From: Alphaproteobacteria bacterium
Lineage (GTDB): Bacteria > Pseudomonadota > Alphaproteobacteria > Rs-D84
Direction: 5' to 3'
NCBI GenBank assembly: GCA_017618175.1
Contig: JAFZUT010000006.1
Location: 1 to 63,012 of the forward strand
Length of the DNA stretch: 63,012 bases
Made by a program: the position numbers and the translations under genes. The notes under the pieces are model-generated. The model was not told the DNA's origin and made no database searches. It saw only the letters and a program-made list of their open reading frames with translations. Shown here one piece after another: positions 41,273 through 51,679 of the stretch (positions within the stretch are counted from its first letter, which is position 1; each line of letters begins with the position of its first letter).

Positions 41273-43330
41273 CTATTTCACCGTCAATTCTTTACCATGC
41301 GTATCAACATAGACGGTTCCGCCCTCGCCCACGGTGTCGGCCAAAATCAAATCTGCAATTTTATCTTCAACCGCCGACGTAATAAGGCGTTTCAACGGTC
41401 GTGCGCCGAACACCGGGTCGTATCCGTTTTCACCCAACCATTTAATCGCCGAATCGGTCACGTTCAATTCTATACGCCGCGCCGCAAGGCGATTACGCAG
41501 GTTCCGCAACTGAATTTCCACGATGCCGGCCATAACGTCTTTGCCCAATTGGTTAAAGAACACAATTTCATCAATACGATTTATGAATTCCGGACGGAAT
41601 TGCTTTTTGACGGCATTCATATCCGGCAAATTACTGGTCATAATTATAATCGTGTTCGTAAAGTTCACAATGTGACCTTGGCCATCGGTCAAACGACCAT
41701 CGTCCAATATCTGCAAGAACACATTGAACACATCCGGATGTGCCTTCTCGATTTCATCGAACAATAACACTTGGTACGGACGGCGACGCACAGATTCGGT
41801 TAAAACACCACCCGCATCATATCCAACATACCCCGGGGGCGCACCAATCAAACGCGCAACCGAATGCGGTTCCATATATTCACTCATATCGATACGCGTC
41901 ATCGCGGTATCGTCATTGAACAGGTATTCCGCCAAGGCTTTTGCAACCTCGGTTTTCCCAACGCCGGTCGGGCCCAAGAACATAAAACTGCCCGATGGAC
42001 GCCGCGGATCGGAAAGGCCCGCCCGCGAACGACGAATCGCACGCGCAACCACCGCCAATGCCGCATCTTGACCCACAACACGTTTGCGTAATTCTTCTTC
42101 AATGTTCAACAATTTCGATTGTTCGGTGGCACTCAACTTATCGGCCGGCACACCGGTCCATTTGCTGACCACCGCCGCAATATGTTCTGGCAACACGGTT
42201 TTATATTCGCGCGATTCAGAATTCATCTTTTTAATTTTTTCTTCCAATTCTGGAATCTTGCCATACTGCAACGCAGACGCTTTTTCATAATCGCCGGCGC
42301 GCATTGCACTGGCAACCTCGGCCTTGGCGGCATCCAACGCGGCCATCGCATCGGACAGCCCACGCATCTTTTCTTGTTCTGCGCGCCAATCGGCGGTCAT
42401 TTTTTTAGATTTTGCCTCGGTTTCCGCAATCAATTTTTCCAAATCACCCAGACGTTTTTTTGATTCTTCGTCTTTTTCTTTCTTTAATGCCTGTTGCTCG
42501 ATTTTTAATTGCATCAAATGCCGGTCAACTTCATCCAAATCTTCGGGTTTAGACGCAACCTCGATACGGACACGGGCGGCGGCTTCGTCCACCAAATCAA
42601 TCGCTTTGTCCGGCAAGAATCGGTCGGTTATATAACGGTTGGAAAGCCGCACCGCCGCAACCAACGCACTATCCGCGATGCGCACACCATGGTGACCTTC
42701 ATATTTTTCTTTCAATCCGCGCAGAATTGAAATGGTGTCATCAACGGTCGGCTCGTCAATATAGACCGGTTGGAAACGGCGCGCCAATGCCGGGTCTTTT
42801 TCAATATATTGGCGATATTCATCCAAGGTCGTTGCGCCCAGACAGTGCAATTCACCACGTGCCAACATCGGTTTAATAAGGTTCCCGGCATCCATACTGC
42901 CTTCGCCTTTGCCGGCACCGACCAAAGTATGCAATTCATCAATAAACAAAATAATTTCACCGTTGGAATCTTTGACGGCTTTCAGTACGGCTTTGAATCT
43001 GTCTTCAAATTGACCACGGAACATTGCGCCCGCCATCAATGCCCCCATATCCAACGACAGCAATTTTTTATTCTGCAAATTTTCCGGTATATCACGTGAA
43101 ACGATACGTTCGGCCAAACCTTCGACAATCGCAGTTTTACCCACCCCCGGGTTTCCAATCAAAACCGGGTTATTCTTGGTACGGCGGGACAGAACCTGGA
43201 TAGTGCGGCGAATTTCTTCATCGCGTCCAATGACCGGGTCCAATTTTCCATCGGCCGCCAATTTGGTAAAATCGGTAGTATATTTTTCAATGGCCTTGGC
43301 CGGTGTTTCTTGCATTTCTTCTGGATTCAT
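41273..43330 (-). CDS. clpB: Chaperone ClpB lacking the N-terminal domain
   Basis: LDPVIGR, two Walker A motifs (GVGKT), coiled-coil middle domain, GARPLKR. Confidence 0.92.
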   Translation of the reverse strand: MNPEEMQETPAKAIEKYTTDFTKLAADGKLDPVIGRDEEIRRTIQVLSRRTKNNPVLIGNPGVGKTAIVEGLAERIVSRDIPENLQNKKLLSLDMGALMAGAMFRGQFEDRFKAVLKAVKDSNGEIILFIDELHTLVGAGKGEGSMDAGNLIKPMLARGELHCLGATTLDEYRQYIEKDPALARRFQPVYIDEPTVDDTISILRGLKEKYEGHHGVRIADSALVAAVRLSNRYITDRFLPDKAIDLVDEAAARVRIEVASKPEDLDEVDRHLMQLKIEQQALKKEKDEESKKRLGDLEKLIAETEAKSKKMTADWRAEQEKMRGLSDAMAALDAAKAEVASAMRAGDYEKASALQYGKIPELEEKIKKMNSESREYKTVLPEHIAAVVSKWTGVPADKLSATEQSKLLNIEEELRKRVVGQDAALAVVARAIRRSRAGLSDPRRPSGSFMFLGPTGVGKTEVAKALAEYLFNDDTAMTRIDMSEYMEPHSVARLIGAPPGYVGYDAGGVLTESVRRRPYQVLLFDEIEKAHPDVFNVFLQILDDGRLTDGQGHIVNFTNTIIIMTSNLPDMNAVKKQFRPEFINRIDEIVFFNQLGKDVMAGIVEIQLRNLRNRLAARRIELNVTDSAIKWLGENGYDPVFGARPLKRLITSAVEDKIADLILADTVGEGGTVYVDTHGKELTVK

Positions 43331-43495
43331 ACGCGACTCCTTTTTTTATCAGTAATATATATAGTGCGCTTTTTCGAAATTCAAGGATATGGGAACAAAA
43401 CCCGCCACCGAACAATTATACGAAAAATACAAAACAATACTTGACTTTTCGGGATTTTTATTATAAATTATGCCGCAGTGATTAAAGGATATGAT

Positions 43496-43864
43496 ATGCC
43501 ACGTGTATGTAAAGTAACAGGTAAAAAAACAGAAGTCGGTATGAATGTTTCCCATTCGGAACGCCATACTAAGCGTACGTTCTTGCCGAATCTGCATGTA
43601 TTAAAGTTTCACAGTGATATTTTGGGTCGCGATTTTTCATTGCGCCTTTCGGCCGCGGGTCTGCGCACATTGACCAAGCACGGCGGTCTGGACGCGTATG
43701 TTATGTCAAAACCCGTTTCACGTTTGACACCGGAAATGGCGGCAATCAAGAAAGCCATCGAAAAGAAAAATGGCAAATCTGAAAAGCCGGCCAAAAAACC
43801 AACGCACAAGGCGAACCGCAGTGCGCGTTTGGTAAAAAAAGTTGAAGCAAAGAAGGCAAAATAG
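43496..43864 (+). CDS. rpmB: 50S ribosomal protein L28 with Lys-rich tail
   Basis: PRVCKVTGK..NVSHS..TKRTFLPNL motif. Confidence 0.93.
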   Translation: MPRVCKVTGKKTEVGMNVSHSERHTKRTFLPNLHVLKFHSDILGRDFSLRLSAAGLRTLTKHGGLDAYVMSKPVSRLTPEMAAIKKAIEKKNGKSEKPAKKPTHKANRSARLVKKVEAKKAK

Positions 43865-43878
43865 TTTCTTTGCAAAAT

Positions 43879-43963
43879 GGCCCTGTGGTGGAATTGGTAG
43901 ACGCGCTTGACTCAAAATCAAGTTCCGCAAGGAGTGTCGGTTCAAGTCCGACCAGGGCCACCA
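43879..43963 (+). tRNA. tRNA-Leu, anticodon CAA
   Basis: Acceptor stem GGCCCTG/CAGGGCC, anticodon arm CTTGA-CTCAAAA-TCAAG, encoded CCA. Confidence 0.95.
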
Positions 43964-44161
43964 CGAAATTTTGTTAGCCCGCACCAAAAGTGCGGGCTTA
44001 AAAAATTTCAGTGTCGCGGCGTAGCGCCAGCGAAGACGGACAGTGTCCCGCCGTAGCATTGCCCAAGAATAAGAAACACCGGTTCACGACTAGCGGCGAA
44101 GGCGGACCTATCAACTTTAAACACCCGTTGGGTGTTTTTTATTTTTGTCCCGTCGCTGGAC

Positions 44162-44237
44162 CGTCATCCCGGCGAAAGCCGGGACCTCTTCGGTTTCGTC
44201 GTGAATTAAAAAGATCCCGGCCTACGCCGGGATGACG
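44162..44237. repeat. REP/RPE-like double-hairpin inverted repeat
   Basis: CGTCATCCCGGCGAAAGCCGGGA ... TCCCGGCCTACGCCGGGATGACG. Confidence 0.65.
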
Positions 44238-44305
44238 AAATGTACGGGGGGGGCGCCCAAACTAACCACTTGCCCCGGCACCAACAACCCGTTATACTTT
44301 CCACT

Positions 44306-44962
44306 ATGAAATTGGAATCGGTTGGAATTTTAATTGCCCTGCGCCCGTTCGATGAAAAAAATGCCATTGCCCAGATATTTTCGCGTGAATTTGGCGTTAT
44401 GTCGGGTATGATGCGCGGCGCGGTTGTTGCACGCACAAATCGTCCATTGGTGGGTCAAATTGGTGCCGTCTCTTGGAACGCACGATTGGATTCCGCACTG
44501 GGTGTGTTTCATTGGGATGCGGAAAAAAATCTGGCCGCGCCAATTATGCAGAACGCAAATTTGTTGCCATTTATGAATTCCGCCTTTGATTTAATTGCAA
44601 CAATGTTGCCCGAACGCGAATCGTACGAACATTTATATGATGAAACTGTGGAATTGTTAAGCACCCTGCCCGCATCACACGCGCCGGCGGACGATTATTT
44701 GAAATGGGAAATAAATTTATTGCGCGAATTGGGGTATGCATTGGACCTTGCCCACTGTTCGGGTTGTGGCACAACGGAAAACCTGAATTACCTGTCGCCC
44801 AAGACCGGTCGCGCGGTTTGCGATAAATGCGCCGCACCATATATAAATAAATTGTATAAATTGCCAGTGACATTGAATACCACTCTGCGATTTTTGGAAA
44901 ACATTTGCGCAACGCTTGGCGCGACCGTGCCACAATTTCGCACAATGTTGAAAAAAAATTAA
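44306..44962 (+). CDS. recO: DNA repair protein RecO
   Basis: OB-fold N-terminus, ELGYALDL..CSGCG..YLSPKTGRAVC. Confidence 0.88.
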   Translation: MKLESVGILIALRPFDEKNAIAQIFSREFGVMSGMMRGAVVARTNRPLVGQIGAVSWNARLDSALGVFHWDAEKNLAAPIMQNANLLPFMNSAFDLIATMLPERESYEHLYDETVELLSTLPASHAPADDYLKWEINLLRELGYALDLAHCSGCGTTENLNYLSPKTGRAVCDKCAAPYINKLYKLPVTLNTTLRFLENICATLGATVPQFRTMLKKN

Positions 44963-45040
44963 AAATTTATTTTTATTTATTTGTTGCACATTGCAAAAAA
45001 AGTTTCTAAGATTATGTCGTTCAACAAAAGGAGAAAAAAT

Positions 45041-45865
45041 ATGTTTTGGACAATCATCATCTTGATTGTTGGCATCACGCTGTTCTTGTTTGGCGGCATG
45101 CTCGTTAAACACGATGGCAAGAAACCGACAACCGCTTCCATAATCGTTAAAAAAATAATCAAATTGATTTCTATCTTTTTGATTGCGGGTTGCGTGTGCC
45201 GTTTGTACACACCAATCTACCTGACGCATACCAATCCTATGATATTACAGGAAATGGTCACCGCGATGCAGGAACAACAAAACGCCGAAAAGAACAAGGC
45301 GATTCGTTCATACATTCGTTCCAACATGGGCGAAATGATTGCGGATGCACCTGTTTGGGGCCCGGAAGATGCGAAAAAAACAATTTTCTTGTGGTCTGAT
45401 TATTCATGCCCATATTGCCGCCGTGTTCACAGCGAATTGGCGCGCGTTATGGCAGACCGCGATGATGTCCGCGTTGTGTTGAAAAACTTCTCGATCCACG
45501 GCGATTTGTCTGATGCCCCGGCCAAGGCGGTTATCGCGGCAAAATTGCAAAGCAACGAAAAAGCGGCGGCTTTGGATAGAAAGTTGATGGAAAAAGAATA
45601 TTACACCCAAGACGATATGAAAGATCGTTCAAAGTTGGGCGAAAAGGTCCAGAAAAACGTTATGGCGTTGGCGACCGAAGTTGGTTTGGATGCCGAACAA
45701 TTGGAACGTGATATGCGTGGCCCGGTTGTTGCACGTGAATTGAAGAATGTTCGCGATTTGGCGCAACAGTTTGAAATCAGCGGCACACCGTACCTGATTA
45801 TCGGTGAAAAGGCATTCCCGGGTGCGATTCCCTATGACCAAATCATCGAAGCATTGGATAAATAA
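45041..45865 (+). CDS. DsbA/Com1-like thiol-disulfide oxidoreductase
   Basis: DYSCPYC, ISGTP and FPGAI motifs; N-terminal TM helices. Confidence 0.88.
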   Translation: MFWTIIILIVGITLFLFGGMLVKHDGKKPTTASIIVKKIIKLISIFLIAGCVCRLYTPIYLTHTNPMILQEMVTAMQEQQNAEKNKAIRSYIRSNMGEMIADAPVWGPEDAKKTIFLWSDYSCPYCRRVHSELARVMADRDDVRVVLKNFSIHGDLSDAPAKAVIAAKLQSNEKAAALDRKLMEKEYYTQDDMKDRSKLGEKVQKNVMALATEVGLDAEQLERDMRGPVVARELKNVRDLAQQFEISGTPYLIIGEKAFPGAIPYDQIIEALDK

Positions 45866-46058
45866 TTTTATTGCTTGTTAGGTAATCCCCGCCGAATGGT
45901 GGGGATTTTTCGTGCATCAAAACAGATTGACTTTTTTGCCGTTTTTTGGTATAATACCAAACACAGATGACGACATTGTGTCGCCATTTTATTTTGCCCG
46001 AACATAACCCGTTCGGGCCATTTTTATTTAATATATTAAATCAAAAAAGGATAAAAAT

Positions 46059-46886
46059 ATGGAATATTACAATAACATGATTGGGGACGGAACGACCAAG
46101 ACTTTTTATTTTACGTTCCCGTTCTTTGGTGTAAATGATGTGCAAGTCACAATTGACGGGGTTGCCCAAACAACGGATGAATATATTATGACACCAACAC
46201 TAACACCAAATGATGCCGACACCCAATACACCGGTGGCAGCATAGAATTTTTAACCGCCCCCGCGAACGGCGCAATCGTCACAATATATCGTGAAATAGA
46301 TTTGGTACGGCATATTGATTACCAACCAACCGAAAAACCGTTGTCATATCAATTAAACCAAGAATTTAACCAGTGCATTGGGGCACTGCGCGAAATCAAG
46401 ATAAAAATACAAAACATACTGAATTTGGCAACATTGCCGACATTGGTAAATTTATTGACAACCGTGACAGACATCCAAGAAAGCCTTCCCGATTTCTTGA
46501 CCGCCGATGATTTGACCGATATTAATACCGCCATCGCCACATTACCGAACAAGGCCGACATAGATATGGATAACCTAAGTTCAACCGGTAAATCCACCAT
46601 CACAAATCTTGGTATGCCCGATTATGCCAACGGAACCCAATTGTCGGTCAGTGCGGGTCAATCTGTTCAAATTGAACAGGATTGCTGTCTTTACCTGTAC
46701 GCCAGTAATAATGGTGGCATACAAATCAGACAGACAAACGCCAACGGCATAATATTGGCTCAATTAACCCAAAATTCATCTATTGAAACATCGTGTATGA
46801 TTTACGTCCCGGCCGGAATAACGATTTACATAAAAACAAAAACCGGAAATTCTGGTATCACGAAATATCCACTGCGCGGGCAATAA
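46059..46886 (+). CDS. Phage tail-fibre-like protein (isolated)
   Basis: N-terminal GDGTTKTF.FTFPF...DVQV resembles podophage tail-fibre anchor domains; KADIDMDNLS and MPDY segments. Confidence 0.55.
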   Translation: MEYYNNMIGDGTTKTFYFTFPFFGVNDVQVTIDGVAQTTDEYIMTPTLTPNDADTQYTGGSIEFLTAPANGAIVTIYREIDLVRHIDYQPTEKPLSYQLNQEFNQCIGALREIKIKIQNILNLATLPTLVNLLTTVTDIQESLPDFLTADDLTDINTAIATLPNKADIDMDNLSSTGKSTITNLGMPDYANGTQLSVSAGQSVQIEQDCCLYLYASNNGGIQIRQTNANGIILAQLTQNSSIETSCMIYVPAGITIYIKTKTGNSGITKYPLRGQ

Positions 46887-46900
46887 TAAAACCCGTTCAT

Positions 46901-47935
46901 TTATTGAACGGGTTTATCATATACAAACTTTTTTGGTTGGCCAAACAATATTCGCATTAATTTATTTTTGGGTTTTGCATCTATGGATTCAACCAAAAAT
47001 TGCTTAAAGTTTCTGTTCATATTTGGATATGTTCCAAAACCCAATCTTTTCGCAGAATCGATATCTTGGGCAAACAAATTATCCCACCAATCCAAATACA
47101 ATTTATGGTCCCACCTATACTTTTCTTCTTGGTCGGCGGTCATAACCGGTTCTGACAACATTTTGCAGTATAAATCATCATTTGAATCCAATTGTTTTAT
47201 TTTTTCCAATACCTCATCCAAACTCATTTCGTTTGCATTTATAAAACGTTTTGGATTGAATGAATCCGCAACCGATGGATCACCCCAATAAATTGGAATA
47301 GTATATGCCTGCAAGGCGGTCAATAACTTTTCACTGGTATAACCGCGATAGGTCGCGTTTTCCGATGCGATTGTAAATTTGTAATTTCTTTTTACCCGTT
47401 CATCCACAAATTTTTCGGCCGATTCAACATTCCGCAGATGTGTTCCCAACGCATCAACCGGTTTATATTGCGAAATCGCATAAAACAATCTGTCCCGCAT
47501 TGGATGCGCATTTGGGTTTGTGTAAATAAAATTACAGAATTTTGTTTTACGTTTCAATTCGTCGTGCGCATCTGTACATTTTATCCAAAAATCCGGTGTA
47601 AGGCGCTTATGGAAAAAATCTATCGTTGGCATACGAATAATTCTGTCATCACATTTTAAATTCCGGTCAAAACTAATCGCATAATCAAACCAATTCAAGT
47701 CGGGCGCCATGGCTTCGCCACCATAAAAAATATTTATCGTACGATTATTCGACAATTTCAAAAATTGTTTATATAAATTTACATCTTTATAAATCCATTC
47801 GCTTACTATTAAATAATCTGGGTTGGTATCATCCCAAATTAAATTATACTTTTCGCGTGGAATCAGCAGATGTTCATACAAAAAACTGATATCATTATAT
47901 AAAGGATGCAAAAAATAAATTCTTATATTTTTCAT
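46901..47935 (-). CDS. Alpha-1,3-fucosyltransferase, GT10 family
   Basis: FCNFIYTN, YKFTIASEN..GYTSEK and IPIYWG motifs. Confidence 0.88.
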   Translation of the reverse strand: MKNIRIYFLHPLYNDISFLYEHLLIPREKYNLIWDDTNPDYLIVSEWIYKDVNLYKQFLKLSNNRTINIFYGGEAMAPDLNWFDYAISFDRNLKCDDRIIRMPTIDFFHKRLTPDFWIKCTDAHDELKRKTKFCNFIYTNPNAHPMRDRLFYAISQYKPVDALGTHLRNVESAEKFVDERVKRNYKFTIASENATYRGYTSEKLLTALQAYTIPIYWGDPSVADSFNPKRFINANEMSLDEVLEKIKQLDSNDDLYCKMLSEPVMTADQEEKYRWDHKLYLDWWDNLFAQDIDSAKRLGFGTYPNMNRNFKQFLVESIDAKPKNKLMRILFGQPKKFVYDKPVQ

Positions 47936-47938
47936 TTA

Positions 47939-48904
47939 TTATTCCTTTGGCAATTTCAACAAATCCCCCAACCTTCTGTCCCATTCTTGGGGTTCAAATT
48001 TTTCCATACCATTAAAATGATAAAATGTTATTTCACCAAAATACAACGCGTCGCCCACAATATAGAAATCGACCCGACAATGAACAAATTTTTCCGCCAA
48101 TATGCGTGCGATATTTAACATTTCGTCAAATTGTTTTGGTTTTTTTATAATATTATTCGAATTCTCATAATGTTGCTTAAAGGGCAATTTTTGAAAGTCC
48201 AAGTCATAAAAATTAAATCTTAAATCCTTACCTCTATCAATTGCCACAAACAAGAAATTGGGTTCACCATTATTACAAAATATTTTATAATCCAACAGAT
48301 TCCCATCCATTTGTTCAATATACTTTTCCGCGATAATTTTTGGTTTAATATCCTTATAACACCATTCAAAAGACATAAAATAATGATTGCTTTCTGGGCG
48401 CATCCATTTTGCCAATTGGCGACGCGTTTCACGTATATTTAATTTGGATTTATCTTTTACAATAATATTTTGTCCACTGCCCCAATTGACCTTTAAAACA
48501 AATTTATCGGGCAATTTATCAAAATCTATATCATCGGGATTGTCCCATACACCAATGCACGGAATCAAATATTTTTCACCAATTTTCTGTTTGATATATT
48601 CGCGTACCGCAACCTTGTCCGCACATTTTGTCATTAACGGATTACGATAATAAAATTTTAACCATTGCAATTTTTCATTAAATGTTTTCGGGTTGTCTAA
48701 ATTCAGTGGATACCCAACACTGCGCATAAATTGTTGTTCAAGACAATAACGTATTTCTTCCGGGCTCAAACCATCAAAACGTCTTGCGTATATTTCATCG
48801 TACTTAGACAGTTTCCGTTTTTTGCTATAACTAAAAATCTTTATACCACAAAAATAGATATGCCGGCGTCCATTTGGATAACGTTCTTTTCTAAAAATCT
48901 GCAT
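47939..48904 (-). CDS. TupA-like ATP-grasp protein
   Basis: PKTFNEKLQWLK, ADKVAVREY, DYKIFC and YFGEITF motifs. Confidence 0.88.
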   Translation of the reverse strand: MQIFRKERYPNGRRHIYFCGIKIFSYSKKRKLSKYDEIYARRFDGLSPEEIRYCLEQQFMRSVGYPLNLDNPKTFNEKLQWLKFYYRNPLMTKCADKVAVREYIKQKIGEKYLIPCIGVWDNPDDIDFDKLPDKFVLKVNWGSGQNIIVKDKSKLNIRETRRQLAKWMRPESNHYFMSFEWCYKDIKPKIIAEKYIEQMDGNLLDYKIFCNNGEPNFLFVAIDRGKDLRFNFYDLDFQKLPFKQHYENSNNIIKKPKQFDEMLNIARILAEKFVHCRVDFYIVGDALYFGEITFYHFNGMEKFEPQEWDRRLGDLLKLPKE

Positions 48905-49847
48905 TTTTATTACTCCAATCAATAAACTTTTTTATTCCATCGGTAAAAGTTGTTTTCGGGGTATAGCCCAACAATTTATGCGCCTTGGACCAATCGCACA
49001 CCGTTTTGTCCACATCCCCGGGTTGCATAGATTGTTGATGAATTATAGCCTTTTTACCGATTGTTTTTTCTATTGTTTCTATCATACGACTTAACGTTAT
49101 CGGTTCGCCACCCCCAAGGTTTATTATCTCGTACCCTGTTTTATTATAATCTATTGCGGTGCAAATACCATCGACTATATCATCTATATATGTGTAATCG
49201 CGTTTTGTCGTTCCATCCCCATACATTTGGATGGGTTCACCCGCATTAATTTTATGGGCGAATTTACGAATTGCCAAATCTGGACGCTGGCGCGGACCAT
49301 AAACCGTAAAAAATCGCAACGCAACCACACTTATTCCATACAAATGGTGCCAAGTAAACAACAATTGTTCGCACGCAGATTTCGTGGCGGCATATGGTGA
49401 TATGGGTTCTGTCACTTTCAAATCTTCGCTGAATTCGGTTGCGGAACAATTACCATAAACCGATGAAGACGAAGCAAACACCATTTTCTTCACACCATAT
49501 TGACGCATACATTCAAGTATATTTACCGTACCAAATATATTCGTTTTTACATAATCCATCGACCGTTCCAAACTTGGGCGAACACCGGCACGCGCCGCCA
49601 AGTGAATTACCGCATCAAATTTATGTTCTGCAAAAATTTTTGCGATTTCGTCCTTATTTTCAATATCTGCACGATACAAAACATAATTTGGATTTGATAA
49701 ATTTGGACGAACATTTTTCTCTTTGATATTCACATCATAATAATCGTTAAAATTATCAACGACGACAACGTTATGACCTTTGGCCAATAACCTGTCCGCC
49801 AAATTAGAACCTATGAAACCTGCCCCGCCCGTTATCAAATACTTCAT
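48891..49847 (-). CDS. NAD-dependent epimerase (UDP-glucuronate 4-epimerase-like)
   Basis: TGGAGFIG, HLAARAGVR, YAATK, RFFTVYGPRQRPD and QPGDV motifs. Confidence 0.9.
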   Translation of the reverse strand: MKYLITGGAGFIGSNLADRLLAKGHNVVVVDNFNDYYDVNIKEKNVRPNLSNPNYVLYRADIENKDEIAKIFAEHKFDAVIHLAARAGVRPSLERSMDYVKTNIFGTVNILECMRQYGVKKMVFASSSSVYGNCSATEFSEDLKVTEPISPYAATKSACEQLLFTWHHLYGISVVALRFFTVYGPRQRPDLAIRKFAHKINAGEPIQMYGDGTTKRDYTYIDDIVDGICTAIDYNKTGYEIINLGGGEPITLSRMIETIEKTIGKKAIIHQQSMQPGDVDKTVCDWSKAHKLLGYTPKTTFTDGIKKFIDWSNKNADF

Positions 49848-51581
49848 TTATACCTCGCTTGCAAAAATTTTTTTACCCGGGTTTTTCTTTTTATGTCCAC
49901 AGAATTCGAAATTCACCGTATCAATCCTGTAATTGACATCTGACAAATATGGAATTTTCAATTTATTTTTCCATAAAACATAAAACAACCCCAATTGATC
50001 CCGTTTAGAATATTTCTGTAAAACATCCCACCAATCCGTCATTACCTTTATGCACTTCTTATCATGATGCCTGCGCCAAATAACATTATTTTCACCCAAA
50101 CCATAATGCGCCGGGAATTTTTCTTTGCCCAAGAACGCCTTGTATCGCCGCAAATTTTCATCTGTATCCAATTCGTAATGCGCGACCGCATCTATTTCTT
50201 CGTAAATACAATCCCTTTTATAATGTTTTGGCACAGACAAAACCGCACCGTCCGGAATTTTATCTATATCATCAAATAATTTTGCGGTTTTAACATTGAT
50301 ATTGGCATCGATATAAATGCTGGTTTGATAATCCGGAAACAAAATATGCGGATGAAATTTATGCCAACGATTTATTTCGGCAAGACCACCCTTATTGAAT
50401 GCCAATGGCCTAACCTTCCACACCCCGACATTTTTCTTTTTTATATATTTCGCGTTATCTGTGAACAAAATATAATCATAGTTTTTGTTTATACAACTTG
50501 GTTGTATAAGGTCATCATAATCGCCCGTAATACAGGTATATATAACCCCATCATTTTTGCCGCCTGTTTTTTTCGGGATAATAATATTGGGACATAAATG
50601 TGGTTTTTTATACCAACTTAAAATTTTTATTCCCATAAAATATATATGTTGGCGTCCAAATGTCTTGCCGTCACGCGAAAACAGTGTCCGTCGACGTTCT
50701 TTTTTCAAATAGTCATTATATTGATCTATTATTGATTGAACCTGGCTTATATGTCCTGGGGCACTTAAAACATCGTGCCATTTATTATTAAATTTAATGG
50801 CATTTTGGGCGCACAAATCCCGGGTCTGCATTATCTTGTCCCCATAACTGACTGTTTCAAAATGCAGAATGCGCGATTGAAAAACATTAACAACCCTTAG
50901 CCCCAATTTACGAATTTTGAAGCACAAATCTGTGTCTTCATAATATGCCGGATTAAATATGGGGTCAAAACCACCGACCCGATCCCACAATTTCTTGTCC
51001 AAGACAAGGCAACAACCGCTTTTATAATCAAAATCTACATTTAATTTTTTTAATCGGGAACGATATTTGCAATCGCGCCCTATGCGCACAACCACATTAT
51101 CGCCCGAAATGACACCGCCCAATTCGCTGACCGTGCCATTTGGTGCAATCAATGTCGCGCCTGCCGCACCGACGCTTTTATCTTTTTCCAAAGTTTGAAT
51201 TATTGGCGCCAACCAATTTTTATAAAACAACATATCATTATTCAAAAACGCAATATATTTACCACAGGCATATTTTACGGCATTTGTACAATTCCTGCCA
51301 AATCCAGAATTCGTTTCCGTGCGAATATGCCGGATGCCACCTATCTTTTTTGATATGTCCACCGTTTCATCCGTTGAACAATCGTCCGCAATGATAACCT
51401 CATACGGGACACCCGTTGTATGTTTCAATATAGAATACAGGCATTCCCGGGTCATTTGGAATTTGTTATATACCGGTATAATCAAAGACACAGTCGGTTT
51501 TTTCACGACCGGGAAATCAAAAGTTTCCGGCGCATCATAATTTCCATACGTCTTTAACAATAATTTTCTAAGACTGTCCAT
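49848..51581 (-). CDS. GT2 glycosyltransferase fused to a DUF616-like domain
   Basis: IIPVYN, DDCSTD, YYEDTD; C-terminal YTCITGDYD, YIDAN and RDQL. Confidence 0.82.
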   Translation of the reverse strand: MDSLRKLLLKTYGNYDAPETFDFPVVKKPTVSLIIPVYNKFQMTRECLYSILKHTTGVPYEVIIADDCSTDETVDISKKIGGIRHIRTETNSGFGRNCTNAVKYACGKYIAFLNNDMLFYKNWLAPIIQTLEKDKSVGAAGATLIAPNGTVSELGGVISGDNVVVRIGRDCKYRSRLKKLNVDFDYKSGCCLVLDKKLWDRVGGFDPIFNPAYYEDTDLCFKIRKLGLRVVNVFQSRILHFETVSYGDKIMQTRDLCAQNAIKFNNKWHDVLSAPGHISQVQSIIDQYNDYLKKERRRTLFSRDGKTFGRQHIYFMGIKILSWYKKPHLCPNIIIPKKTGGKNDGVIYTCITGDYDDLIQPSCINKNYDYILFTDNAKYIKKKNVGVWKVRPLAFNKGGLAEINRWHKFHPHILFPDYQTSIYIDANINVKTAKLFDDIDKIPDGAVLSVPKHYKRDCIYEEIDAVAHYELDTDENLRRYKAFLGKEKFPAHYGLGENNVIWRRHHDKKCIKVMTDWWDVLQKYSKRDQLGLFYVLWKNKLKIPYLSDVNYRIDTVNFEFCGHKKKNPGKKIFASEV

Positions 51582-51679
51582 TTTCGTCCTTTCCAAATAT
51601 TATAAATTTGCCGAATAAAATCCTAATGCACTTATAATCATACCATCCGCAGAAAAATAAAGCAAACCAGAAAAATATA

